Positions 30,898 through 41,081 of a stretch of DNA of 64,000 nt are shown here, one piece after another. Source of the stretch: an uncultured Verrucomicrobiae bacterium (GTDB taxonomy: Bacteria > Verrucomicrobiota > Verrucomicrobiia > Chthoniobacterales > JAFAMB01); contig CAWEXO010000014.1 in the NCBI GenBank assembly GCA_963813025.1, positions 160,001 to 224,000 of the forward strand, given 5' to 3'. The stretch's first letter is position 1; the number at the start of each line of letters is the position of its first letter. The notes beneath the pieces are model-generated. The model was not told the DNA's origin and ran no database searches. It saw only the letters and a list, made by a program, of their open reading frames with translations. The position numbers were made by a program, and so were the translations under genes.

Positions 30898-31884
30898 TCA
30901 ATCGGTGAGTATGTTGAAGCCTGGCTTGCCGTGGGTCGCGGCGTTCACCGGCGCGTCGGTAATCACGAGCGTCGTGCCGGGCGTGATGAGCTGGCGGACG
31001 TCAGCGAGGAAACCGGGCGGGACCGCGGCTCGGTTCGCCAGGTCCTTGATATTCGGCGCGCGCCCGCCGACGCTCGCGGTGGAAGTCCAATCGCGCCGCC
31101 CGCTCGAGTCGACCGATCCCAGCGCGGAATAGACGTGCGAACCGGACACTCGGTCCAGGCCGTTGACCGGCGCACGACCGATCTCAACGCCGTTGCGATA
31201 GACATAGGCCGCGCGATCCCGCGTGCTCACGATGATCGAGATCGGTCCATTTGGCGCCTTCTCCGGTGTCCATTTGAAGCCGGTCGTCGTCGCGCCCGTT
31301 TTGCCGGAAAACAAAAGCCCCGGTTGGGTAGTAGTGGTCAGCCGGGAGTTGTTATCAGCGATAATCACTGTCGTTCCGAGCGTCGTAACCGAGTAGAGGT
31401 TCGCCGCAAAATCCACGGGCATCCGCACACATCCGGCCGAGGCCGGGTAGCCCGGCAAGTGCCCAGCGTGTAGCGCGATTCCAGTCCAAGTCAGCCGTTG
31501 CATGTGCGGCATCTTAGCACCTTTATAGATGCTTGATTCGTGACGGACCTTCTTTTGTAGCACCGTGAACACACCCGTGGGCGTGCGCTTACCGGCCTTC
31601 CCGGTGCTCACAGTCGAGCGTCCGATACGGACGCCGTTGCGGTACACATAGAGAACCTGATCGGGTAGGTTCACCAGGATGACCACCGGCCCGGCCGGCG
31701 AGACTTGCGGATGCCATACGTAATCGCCGGCCGTAAGAGTGGGCGTCAAAGGGGTGACCGCGCGGCCTTTGGTGTGACCCGGAGCGGCAGATGCTAACGC
31801 AATCGGCGGCAAGCTGAGTGTGGCGACAACGGATGCGATGAGGACGAAATGTTTTCGGCTTAGTATCTGGAGGTTAGTTGTCAT
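30898..31884 (-). CDS. L,D-transpeptidase (YkuD/ErfK family)
   Basis: Signal peptide; VSTGK...TPTG.F and LHAG.LPGYPASAGCVR catalytic motif. Confidence 0.92.
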   Translation of the reverse strand: MTTNLQILSRKHFVLIASVVATLSLPPIALASAAPGHTKGRAVTPLTPTLTAGDYVWHPQVSPAGPVVILVNLPDQVLYVYRNGVRIGRSTVSTGKAGKRTPTGVFTVLQKKVRHESSIYKGAKMPHMQRLTWTGIALHAGHLPGYPASAGCVRMPVDFAANLYSVTTLGTTVIIADNNSRLTTTTQPGLLFSGKTGATTTGFKWTPEKAPNGPISIIVSTRDRAAYVYRNGVEIGRAPVNGLDRVSGSHVYSALGSVDSSGRRDWTSTASVGGRAPNIKDLANRAAVPPGFLADVRQLITPGTTLVITDAPVNAATHGKPGFNILTD

Positions 31885-32003
31885 GCGATTGTTGGCGCTC
31901 TAAAAATTCCACCTACGAGAAAAGTCAAACTTTTTCTTCTCCGGTTCCGAAAACGTTCTTCAGCATAAGGTGCAAGATGTCCTTCGAATCTTTGTCTTAC
32001 CGT

Positions 32004-32526
32004 TTACTGGGGAACTCTGAGAGCTTGCAGCCATCTGCGCATCATATTGGCCTCAATCTGCACCGGATGTGAGCGACTCTGGGTGGACGACGTTGGCGCA
32101 CTTTCAAACCAGCCTTCGTGAACCGCTGGCTATTGCCCGACCGGATGGATTTTTCAGTACATAGTCAAATGCCAGCCAGGGCCGGGTACCACCTGGAACC
32201 ACTCTCAATCCTTGGGGTCCCGATGTGCGGCGGCTGGCTAAATCGATATTGGTGTATCGCAGACTGAGCGTATGACCAGGAAATCGCCTGGATATTACGG
32301 TAAGAGTGCGCTGGTTATGTCTCGAGTAAAGACCGCTGACGAATGCTGCAGGTCTCGATTGTTGATGCGAAAGTCGGTAAATCTTTTGTGGATTAACGAA
32401 ATCAACTTTCACCACGGCCGGAGCGGAAGGGGCGGCGGCGGAGACAAGCCGATCGCCTGCGGAAGTACAGCCGAAGTTACCAATGATAACGCCGAGCGCG
32501 CAGATCGCATAAGATGTTAGTTTCAT
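32004..32526 (-). pseudogene. DUF3016-like exported protein, frameshifted
   Basis: V.FVNP.K/FTDF, TNIDLA, FDYVL...SG...L and EANMMRRWL pieces lie in different frames. Confidence 0.55.
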
Positions 32527-32613
32527 AATTTAGACCGCTGGTCACGGCTGGGCAGAATAGAAAAGGGTTTAGCGAAATCAAGCAAAATAAATGAAGAGAC
32601 TTGATTTAATATC

Positions 32614-33804
32614 ATGATGTATATTTCAGTTGTGGCGCGGAACAAGTCTCCAAACCCAATTCTGCCTCAGGCGAGCGGCCTGCAGCAGCTTCGGAGCTAC
32701 AATCGCCAGGTAATACTTCATGCGTTGCGCCAGAGCGGGTCGCTTTCGCGCGCTGAACTCGCCCGGGCGAGCGGTCTGACGCCTCAAGCGATTGCGAACA
32801 TTGTAGACCAGTTAATCGAGTTAGGTTTTGTTCGCGAGGCGGGTCGGCGAAAGGCACAACGGGGTCAGCCGCCGATCCAAATCGAAATAGCGAGCGACGG
32901 CGCCTACGGAATCGGATTGCGCGCTGATTCAAAACGTTTTTCGGTGGCAACCATGGATCTTAATGGTGCGGTTCGGCACCAGGGCGGTGGCCTCATGCCT
33001 GATACTGATAAGCGCGGACTTGTATCTTTTTTTTCTGATCTGATTAGCAAAATGCCATTCGATCCAGATCGTTGCCTGGGAATTGGCTTGGTCGTTCCCG
33101 GACCATTCGACGCACATTGGCCAGATGTTCCGAGCCCGGGAGCTTTAGCTGCCTTTCAGCGAAAACGATTCGTCCAGCGCATCGGACAAAGAACCGGACT
33201 TGACATCTTCCTGGAGAATGACGCCACCGCGGCAGCATTGGGCGAGAAGCTGCACGGAGTGGCACGCGACTTAAAGAACTACTTTTATGTTTTCGTTGGA
33301 GAGGGGTTAGGTGGGGGGCTGGTCCTTAATGGAGAACCGTACCGTGGTGATTCCGGCAATGCGGGGGAATTTGGACACTTGGTGATTGATCCGAACGGTC
33401 CTCCCTGCTACTGCGGCAACCGGGGATGTCTAGGCCAATATCTTTCCCTTGCCTCACTGACCCGATTTTTAGCCACCGCCCGAAAAAGCAAATCCGGACG
33501 ATCTGTTGAAAACGTCAGGAGTCGACTCATCGAGAAGTGGCTCGATGCCGCTGCGGAAGCTCTTTCGATCGCGCTGGTCGGGATCGAGAATCTGTTCGAT
33601 CCGCAGACTGTCATACTCGGTGGTTCCGCGCCGATAGAAATTTTAAACGGGCTTTTTCACCGACTAGGGAATTTGCGACCATCGATCCGAGTTGGGCGTC
33701 CAGGAGAAAGAATTCGAGTGAGTTCTCTACGAGAGAAGAGTGCGGCGGTCGGTGCAGCGGCGTTGCCAATTTTCGCCGCGACGAATCCGAGCCGGTTTTC
33801 GTGA
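32614..33804 (+). CDS. ROK-family transcriptional repressor
   Basis: N-terminal HTH (LSRAELAR.SGLT); ENDA.AAALGE, GNAGEFGH and CYCGNRGCL motifs. Confidence 0.93.
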   Translation: MMYISVVARNKSPNPILPQASGLQQLRSYNRQVILHALRQSGSLSRAELARASGLTPQAIANIVDQLIELGFVREAGRRKAQRGQPPIQIEIASDGAYGIGLRADSKRFSVATMDLNGAVRHQGGGLMPDTDKRGLVSFFSDLISKMPFDPDRCLGIGLVVPGPFDAHWPDVPSPGALAAFQRKRFVQRIGQRTGLDIFLENDATAAALGEKLHGVARDLKNYFYVFVGEGLGGGLVLNGEPYRGDSGNAGEFGHLVIDPNGPPCYCGNRGCLGQYLSLASLTRFLATARKSKSGRSVENVRSRLIEKWLDAAAEALSIALVGIENLFDPQTVILGGSAPIEILNGLFHRLGNLRPSIRVGRPGERIRVSSLREKSAAVGAAALPIFAATNPSRFS

Positions 33805-33933
33805 GCAAGAAAGCGCAGGCTGCGGCTGGGTGGAGCGCTGGGGCGGGGCGGCACACGGTTTCCTTGAAGGAAATTGGACATGCTGGCGTTCTGTAATAGA
33901 AAACATCTAATTATTGGTTGTTGAAGTTTGGTG

Positions 33934-36000
33934 ATGAGCAAAAGCTATTCTTACGATTCGTTCCTTTACGGGGTGGTTTATTACCCGGAGCAATGGCCGG
34001 AAGCCTGCTGGGATTCCGATCTTTCGCGCATCGCCCAGACGGGCATGAACGTGGTCCGGATGGGCGAGGGTGCCTGGAGCATTTGGGAACCCGAAGAAGG
34101 GCGCTACGACTTTGTTTTGTTCGATCGCGCGCTTGAGCTTTGCCAGAAGCACGGGCTCAAAGCGATCATGGGCACGCCCACTTACGCACCGCCGGCCTGG
34201 CTCACTGAACGCTACCCGGAGGTATCGCGAGTGAGCTATCAGGGAATACGCCTGACGCATGGTTCACGGCGTCACTACAATTATACATCGCCGATCTATC
34301 GGGAAAAGTCTCAGGCTATCACCGAGGCGTTGGCCGAACACTACAGAAGTCATCCGGCAGTAATCGGCTGGCAAATTGACAACGAACTCAACTGCCACTT
34401 GGACCTCAGTTTTGCACGGAGTGACCACGAAGCCTTCCGGAGTTGGTGCCGCGAGCGCTATGGCACGCTGGAAGCCTTAAATCAGGCGTGGGGCACGGGT
34501 TTCTGGTCGCAGACCTACACCGCCTGGAATCAAGTCTGGCTGCCGCGGCCTACGGTGACCTACCAGAACCCGAGTCTGCTATTGGACTTTTTTCGGTTCA
34601 CCTCCGACATGACGATACGATTTGCGGCCATGCAATGTCAGATCATTAAGCGAATCGCGCCGCATCAGTTCGTCACCCATAACGCCTTCCAAACCATGAC
34701 GAGCGTCGATTTGCCGAAGTTCGTGCAGGAAACCGTCGATTTTGTCTCGTATGATTCCTACCCGGAATTCAAGGTTTGCGATCTCTCGCTGCCCGCGCAT
34801 TTTCGCGACCGTTCCGAGTCCCGGCTTCTGTCCAGGATGCGCGGGGTGTCGCCGAAGTTCATGGTGCTCGAACAACAGGCTGGCCCAAGTGGCCAAATCG
34901 GCGGCGTCCTGAACGGCAACCCGGACTATCTGCACCCAACGCCCAAACCTGGGCAGATGCGCCTCTGGTGCTGGAACTCGATTGCCAATGGTGCCGATGG
35001 CTTAGTCTTTTTCCGCTGGCGTTCGCTGCCCTACGGGTGCGAGGCCCACTGGAACGGTCTCCTTTATCACGACGAGCGAAACGCGTGGAGGTTGGAGGAA
35101 GCCAGGCAGCTCGGGGACGAGATCAAACGATTGTCGGCGACATTGGTGGGAACCCGCTGCGTTTCACAGGCAGCGATCCTGTATGATTTTGATAATGAAT
35201 CGCACGCCCGTATTGAGCGCGCCACGGGCAAGCATCGCGACGCCAATGAGCTTGCAGTGTACCAGGCCTTGTCAGAGCGGCATTTGTCCGTCGATGTGCG
35301 GGCCCTTTCGAGTGTTCATGAAGGGGCCGACTTGGCGCATTACGCAATCGTCTTTTTCCCGCACGCGCACATCCTGGGGGCGGTCGACGTCCGCGCCTTG
35401 CAGGACTACGTAGAAGAAGGGGGTACGTTGGTGTTCGGCTGTTGGAGCGGATACCGGGACCGCAACCACTGGTGTTACGACGCGGCAGGAAAAGCTTTTT
35501 ACGAAGCCTTGGTGGGCGCGGGAGTGGCCGATTTTACTGTGGTGACGCCGGGGGAAGCCTCCGCCATTCGCTTCGGCCATTCAGATAATTCCTTTGCAGC
35601 GCCGGTTTTTAACGAGGTGCTCGCCGGTACCGGCGACAACGTGAGCGTGCTGGCGTCCTATGTGTCGGACTACTATGCGGGTCAACCCGCTGTCATCCTT
35701 CATCAAAGAGGCCGGGGCCGGGTGATCCATTTTGGCAGTTTCTTCACGTCTCAGAACGTGACCGCGCTGTTAGACGTCCTGGCGATTGAAGACCCGTTCG
35801 CGGCGTGGGCGGAAATTCCTGCCGAGGTTCAGACCGTGGTACGGTCCGATGGCGCCGAACGGTTCTGTTTTCTGTTGAACTTCACCAATAGAGCGCAAGC
35901 AGTGAACTTTAAAAAGTCAACCTTTGACCTCTTAGAAGGGCAAAAACTCGAAAGCCGCGCGGAAATCCCTCCGTACGGTGTACGTTTCGTACAGAGTTAA
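33934..36000 (+). CDS. GH42 beta-galactosidase
   Basis: YYPEQWP, WS..EP.EG.YDF, GSRRHY, WQIDNE, WGT.FWSQ, LEQQAG and FFRWR motifs. Confidence 0.92.
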   Translation: MSKSYSYDSFLYGVVYYPEQWPEACWDSDLSRIAQTGMNVVRMGEGAWSIWEPEEGRYDFVLFDRALELCQKHGLKAIMGTPTYAPPAWLTERYPEVSRVSYQGIRLTHGSRRHYNYTSPIYREKSQAITEALAEHYRSHPAVIGWQIDNELNCHLDLSFARSDHEAFRSWCRERYGTLEALNQAWGTGFWSQTYTAWNQVWLPRPTVTYQNPSLLLDFFRFTSDMTIRFAAMQCQIIKRIAPHQFVTHNAFQTMTSVDLPKFVQETVDFVSYDSYPEFKVCDLSLPAHFRDRSESRLLSRMRGVSPKFMVLEQQAGPSGQIGGVLNGNPDYLHPTPKPGQMRLWCWNSIANGADGLVFFRWRSLPYGCEAHWNGLLYHDERNAWRLEEARQLGDEIKRLSATLVGTRCVSQAAILYDFDNESHARIERATGKHRDANELAVYQALSERHLSVDVRALSSVHEGADLAHYAIVFFPHAHILGAVDVRALQDYVEEGGTLVFGCWSGYRDRNHWCYDAAGKAFYEALVGAGVADFTVVTPGEASAIRFGHSDNSFAAPVFNEVLAGTGDNVSVLASYVSDYYAGQPAVILHQRGRGRVIHFGSFFTSQNVTALLDVLAIEDPFAAWAEIPAEVQTVVRSDGAERFCFLLNFTNRAQAVNFKKSTFDLLEGQKLESRAEIPPYGVRFVQS

Positions 36001-36119
36001 ACCGGACTTGTAGCGTGGACCACCGGGCCGATCGCCGAGGCCCAGCCGGTGGCGGGTTCCGCAAGTCGATTGGCGCGTTCTGCTAGCAACAGTGTTTGGA
36101 AGGAAGTTATCTTGACGCC

Positions 36120-36260
36120 ATGAGTACAGCCAAGGCCCAAGCTTAGGCGGCTCAGAGCGCAACTTCGGCTCTTGCGCCGTTTCATATTATGCGGCGCGAG
36201 CTCGGCCCCGTGGATATCGAAATCGAAATTCAATATTGCGGGCTGTCACTCAGACCTGCC
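36120..36260 (+). pseudogene. N-terminal remnant of cinnamyl-alcohol-dehydrogenase-like (YahK/AdhC) gene
   Basis: MSTAKAQA*AAQSATSALAPF, then frameshifted RELGPVDIEIEIQYCGL/HSDL. Confidence 0.6.
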
Positions 36261-36859
36261 TGTCTTTTCCTATCCTCACGTATAACGGCGACGACAAGGA
36301 TCTTGGTGATCAGAAACAAAATACCGTTGAATTGAACGAGACCGCCTACCTGCTGGGCTCCGAGGATGCCAACTCCTGCTTTCGTGCCTTTTACGTGTGG
36401 GAAGGCACATCACCGGGGGAATGGCGCACGCTACATCGCACGGCCGAGGGCGAAGTGGTGGGTAATCGAATGTAATGCAAACCTCGTGTGCCAACATTGA
36501 GTAAAGGAGTTTAGAAAATGGACCGTGACTGACTTCTTCGGCCGGGACGAAACGCTTGCGCATCTGAGTTTTGCCTGCGCCGAGATGCTATCGGCCCGAA
36601 CGGCGGGCAACGCGAAACGTGTCGCTGCTTCGCACACCTTCAGCTTAGCGTCAGTTAGCCTTACACGTAGGCACGGCAGGAGTTGTAGGCTCCCCCTGGG
36701 GTGGTACCATTCCAAGGGTGCTTGTCCAGCGTGTTCAACTCGAACATGGCGAGGCGTCACCGGGTAGCGTCGACCCGAACAACCGCCGGTTCGACAATAC
36801 GGTAGACTGCGCCGAAGTCTGGAAGGCTCTGAGGATCTTGAATTGCCAACGTCGGTCAT

Positions 36860-38410
36860 ATGAGGGAACTCGAACAACTCCTTGGGCTTTTTGTCGCGGC
36901 CGTGATCCTGGCGGCCACGGCGCGGCGCGTCGGAGCACCTTATCCGGTATTCCTGGCGCTCGGCGGTGCGCTGCTGGCGTTTCTTCCAGTCGCGCCCTCG
37001 TTCAGCATCCCTCCCGAGCTTGCGCTGGCGCTCTTCGTCGCACCCGTGCTGCTTGATGCGGCTTACGACGCATCGCTCAGAGATCTCAGGGACAATTGGG
37101 TACCGGTGACCGGATTGGTCGTATTTGCGGTCGGATTGACGACCGCCGCTATCGCCGTCGTCGCCCACACGCTCATACCGACGATGCCTTGGGCAGCGGC
37201 GACTGCGCTCGGCGCGGTCGTAGCTCCACCCGACGCCGTCGCGGCCACTGCCGTGCTCCGCCCGTTGCGACCGCCTCATCGCATCCTGACCATCCTCGAA
37301 GGCGAAAGCCTGCTGAATGACGCCAGTGCGCTCCTGATCTACCGCCTCGCCATTGGAGCCGTCGCGGCCAACGGCTTCTCCATCGCGGCAGTTGTGCCAA
37401 CCTTCTTGCTCGCGGTGGCCGGCAGCCTGGTCGTAGGCCCGGCGCTCGGGTGGCTCGTCCTCCGGTTGATGGAACGTGTGCAACACGTGCCGACGGCCAT
37501 CATTCTGCAGTTCGTCAGCACGATTGGCGTGTGGCTGCTCGCCGATGCCGTTGGGCTCTCCGGTGTGTTGACGATGGTGTGCTACGCCATGACGGTGGCG
37601 CGGACCGCGCCTAAGCGAACACCCGCACGGACCCGCGTACCGACCTATGCGGTTTGGGAAACCGTCGTGTTCGCTCTGAACATCCTGGCCTTCATTTTCA
37701 TCGGCCTGCAGATTCGACCCATCCTCGAGAGCCTGAGAGCAGCGGATCGGGGGCGGTACTTCGCCGTCTCCGGCGCGGTCCTGCTGACCGTGATCGTGGT
37801 GCGCCTCGCCTGGCACATGTCCTTCAATGCAGTCCTCAGGTGGCGAAACAGCCGGCTCGGGTTTCATCCGCCGCGGCCGATGCTGCGGCCGACGATCGGG
37901 AGCGGCTTGATTATTTCGTGGGCCGGCATGCGGGGCATTGTCTCTCTGGCTGCGGCAATGGCGCTGCCATCGTCGTTTCCATATCGCGACCTGATCGTGC
38001 TGACCGCATTCTCTGTCGTGCTCGGCACGCTGGCGATCCAAGGACTGACGCTCAAGCCGCTCTTACGTGCGCTCGATTTGCATAATGATGATCCTGTCGG
38101 CCGCGAAGTGAGCGCGGCGCGTGAACGCGCGTTGCGTGCGGGACTTGAGAGTTTCGCGCGTGACCGATCTCCAGTCGCGGAAGTCGTCCGGCAGGAATTC
38201 ACGGCACGTTTGGCGTACGAACGATCGGATGCTGACGCCGGGGATGCCACGCGCCCCGCACACAACGAACTGCTTCGTGGAGCACTCCGGGCGGCCCGGC
38301 AAGCCGTTTTCGCCATGCGCGCCAACGACGAGATCGGTGACGATGCCTTTCATCGGATGGAAGAGGAATTAGACTGGCTCGAAATGGCAGGTGGTAGAAA
38401 AGGGGAGTGA
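36860..38410 (+). CDS. CPA1-family Na+/H+ antiporter
   Basis: PPDAVA, ILEGESLLNDASAL, SGVL, WAGMRG.VSLAAA and QGLTL motifs. Confidence 0.92.
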   Translation: MRELEQLLGLFVAAVILAATARRVGAPYPVFLALGGALLAFLPVAPSFSIPPELALALFVAPVLLDAAYDASLRDLRDNWVPVTGLVVFAVGLTTAAIAVVAHTLIPTMPWAAATALGAVVAPPDAVAATAVLRPLRPPHRILTILEGESLLNDASALLIYRLAIGAVAANGFSIAAVVPTFLLAVAGSLVVGPALGWLVLRLMERVQHVPTAIILQFVSTIGVWLLADAVGLSGVLTMVCYAMTVARTAPKRTPARTRVPTYAVWETVVFALNILAFIFIGLQIRPILESLRAADRGRYFAVSGAVLLTVIVVRLAWHMSFNAVLRWRNSRLGFHPPRPMLRPTIGSGLIISWAGMRGIVSLAAAMALPSSFPYRDLIVLTAFSVVLGTLAIQGLTLKPLLRALDLHNDDPVGREVSAARERALRAGLESFARDRSPVAEVVRQEFTARLAYERSDADAGDATRPAHNELLRGALRAARQAVFAMRANDEIGDDAFHRMEEELDWLEMAGGRKGE

Positions 38411-38608
38411 AACACTGGAATGAGAACTGCTGCTTTTCTCGACTTGGCGCTGGGACTCGCTAACCCTGTGTTGGGTTTGGTCGCGAGCGGGGCTGCCTCA
38501 GGCGCGGTGTTCCTTGTCAGCACGCCGGTCGTGCTCTGTGCCGCGGTTATCGCAGTGTGCGTCTTAAATTGCGCCGTCGCTCGGCACGGCAAGCGGGAAG
38601 TCAGGATT

Positions 38609-38690
38609 ATGAGCAACAACATCGAAGGAAAGGTCGTCGTCATCAGGGGCGCGAGCAGCGGGCCGGGCGAGGCGACCGCCGACGATGGCT
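38609..38690 (+). pseudogene. N-terminal remnant of SDR oxidoreductase
   Basis: MSNNIEGKVVVIRGASSGPGEATA, then diverges. Confidence 0.55.
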
Positions 38691-38879
38691 TGCAGGGGAG
38701 GGTGCCATATTTTCGCGCATAGCCCGACTTGAGGATGTGCACACGCCGCCGTTGGATTTCAGGTCAATTCCAATTCCCATTCCTGTCCGATGAGATCCTG
38801 GCCGAAGCTATGATGAGGCTCCTCCTTTACCAGGTGGAAGCCCGCTCTTTCGTAGATGCGATGCGCAGCGGTAAGAATA

Positions 38880-39345
38880 CTTTGGGTCCAAAGAACGGCA
38901 GGACGTAGGGTATCCGGCTGCGGTCAACTTTCCGGAGAATGCTCTCGATGGACTGCATGCAACGGATGAGCTCCAGACGATCGCCAGGCGGCAACCCGGC
39001 AAGAGTGGCTCGCGCCTGTTCCTCGGAAAGAGCATCGAGCTTTTTGAACGCGGATGTGCCACGCGCCGTGAGCATCAGCTCAGCAGAGCGGCCATCTTCT
39101 TCTGAAGTCTTTTTGTGCAACAAGCCGGCGCGCTCGAACTTTCCTAGCAGACGGCTCAGGTATCCGGGGTCAACTCCCAGTCCTTCCGCGATGTCGCTTG
39201 CTTTTGGGGTGGGACGAGTCGCCAGTTCGTAGAGGACACGCGCTTCCGCTAAACTATACTCGCTGTTCAGGAGCCCTTCGTTCAGAGTTCCGATGAAACG
39301 CGTATACATCCGGTTGAAGCGGCGAAAGCTCTCCGTTTCGCCTCA
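38880..39345 (-). pseudogene. Truncated MarR-GNAT bifunctional regulator (HTH part only)
   Basis: RRFNR.YTR.IG.L.E.LL...SL.EARVLYELA and D.GYLSR.L motifs. An in-frame stop lies upstream and the GNAT half is missing. Confidence 0.65.
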
Positions 39346-40042
39346 GCGCACGGTGATCCTCATGTTCGAAAATGCCGGAATTGTCCCGACAAGAGATTCG
39401 TCCGCTGAAAGCTAAGCGGTCATGCTGACCAGGCTGGGTTCAAAGCTGAACGCTGAGAACCGCGCCATGCGCATCGAAAGAGATGCGCAGGAGCGCAACT
39501 TTCTGGTTGGACCCGAGTCTTACGGGGGGCTCTTGACTCCGGCGGGTGTTCGAGGCATTAGCCGGGCAACTTGGCCGCGGGTGAGCGGCAATCATCCTTT
39601 AGCCAAGTGAGGAGGCGGCGCATCGGCGTATTGCGCGATGCCATTGCCAAAAGCCCAATTCTTCCTCTTTTCTAGCGGGGCCTTTTCGGTGACAACTTCT
39701 TCCAATACGAAGAATAGAATTTGGAATTTCGTCTCCGGCAAACGCTGCGCGAGCGAATTCTCGAGTGCTGAGCTCGCGAGCCACTCGCCTTGGGCTGCCG
39801 GCGGCAGGTCCAAGCGCGGCAGCGGGGTTAAACTCATGGAGATTGCCTCCCAACAGCCAAGGTCGGTAGGGGCAAGCTCCCGCTTGACCTCTTTAGCGTT
39901 GGATCAGTCTCGATCTGGACGGGCAGGCCGCCTCCGCAAGGCTACGGCGCGCCTTCCAGTCTTGAATAGAGTTTCCGCCCAGCGATTCGTCAGCTTGGAA
40001 GAATTGAAGCAGAACACGCTCACATAGCTCCCGACGGCGCCA

Positions 40043-41044
40043 TCAGAATTTAAAACTGGCCACGTTCCCCGGCGTCACGATGATTGCGGGTCCCAAGATG
40101 ACTTCGCCATTGTCGCCAATTGTGTACTCGCCAAGATGACCTGCGGTAAAGGTCTCGCCTTTTTTGCCAGTGACCTTCCCCTGGGCGTAAGCTTGGGCCG
40201 CGTAATAAGTTAGGTAGCCGAGATCTTCCACATTCCACCAAATATCCTGGGACTCGCCGGCGAGAATGTATTTTTTCATCAAGGTGGCAGGTGCCAGGCC
40301 AGTCAGCTTGATTTTCTTGAGGAGGCCTGCTTGCTCCAGGGCGCGTGCGGCTGCCGGCAATCCGATACCGGCCGGAATAATAATGCCTTTCAGGTTCGGG
40401 AACGCTTCTGCTAACGCGAGTGCCTGCTGCTGATTCACCTGCTCGCTTTCTTGACCGTACGCGACCTGAACCAGTTTCATGTTCGCAAATTTCGGATTGC
40501 TCTTGAGGTTCTTCTTCATGAACTCGATCCACGAATTCTGATTGGTGGCAGTCGGCGTTGATGACAGTATCGCAAACTCCCCTTTGTAATCGATGAGGCC
40601 GCCCATGCTTTCGAGCATCTGTTGAGCAAGGCTGTCGGAGTTAGCCTGATTGACAAAAATACCGCGTGCGTTCCTTGCGACATCTGAATCAAAAGAGACG
40701 ACTTTGATGCCTTGTTGTTCTGCTCGTCTGAGTGCGGGAGCGACCGCATTGGCATCGGAGCCGGCGATCGCAACGACGTCCACCTTCTGGGAAACCATAT
40801 TGTTGATGAAAGGAATTTGTGCATCGCCCGTCGCGCTGGAAGGAGCTTCCTGGATCAGGGTGCCACCAATCTCTTTCTGTGCTTTTTCAGCGCCCAATTT
40901 CGTGGTGGCGAAATAGGGATCGGTATCAAGTTTCGGAATAAATCCGACAGTCGCGCCTTTGGTGGCCGAATCTGCGCCAAGCGCAGCAGTCGCACACATG
41001 GCGCTGAACAGGAACAGACTCGTGAGCAGTTTGTGGGTTTTCAT
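40043..41044 (-). CDS. rhaS: Rhamnose/AI-2-type sugar ABC substrate-binding protein
   Basis: Signal peptide MKTHKLL...; PK....PYF, SFDSD, ILSSTPTATNQN.W and W...DLGY motifs. Confidence 0.8.
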   Translation of the reverse strand: MKTHKLLTSLFLFSAMCATAALGADSATKGATVGFIPKLDTDPYFATTKLGAEKAQKEIGGTLIQEAPSSATGDAQIPFINNMVSQKVDVVAIAGSDANAVAPALRRAEQQGIKVVSFDSDVARNARGIFVNQANSDSLAQQMLESMGGLIDYKGEFAILSSTPTATNQNSWIEFMKKNLKSNPKFANMKLVQVAYGQESEQVNQQQALALAEAFPNLKGIIIPAGIGLPAAARALEQAGLLKKIKLTGLAPATLMKKYILAGESQDIWWNVEDLGYLTYYAAQAYAQGKVTGKKGETFTAGHLGEYTIGDNGEVILGPAIIVTPGNVASFKF

Positions 41045-41081
41045 ACTGGGGGTTTTCCTTTCTATTTCATGGTGAGTACGA

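Noticed and set aside
36300..36375. ELNETAYLLGSEDAN resembling a YefM antitoxin or AraC tail
   Set aside because: Too short and ambiguous to assign.
36431..38041. 536 aa minus-strand ORF, and similar antisense ORFs at 29482-30474, 59126-60049 and 20762-21631
   Set aside because: Shadow frames of well-supported genes in GC-rich DNA; no recognisable motifs.
39422..40027. Small ORFs between the MarR remnant and the rhamnose transporter (also 44769-44987)
   Set aside because: No recognisable motifs or convincing translation signals; coding status cannot be supported.
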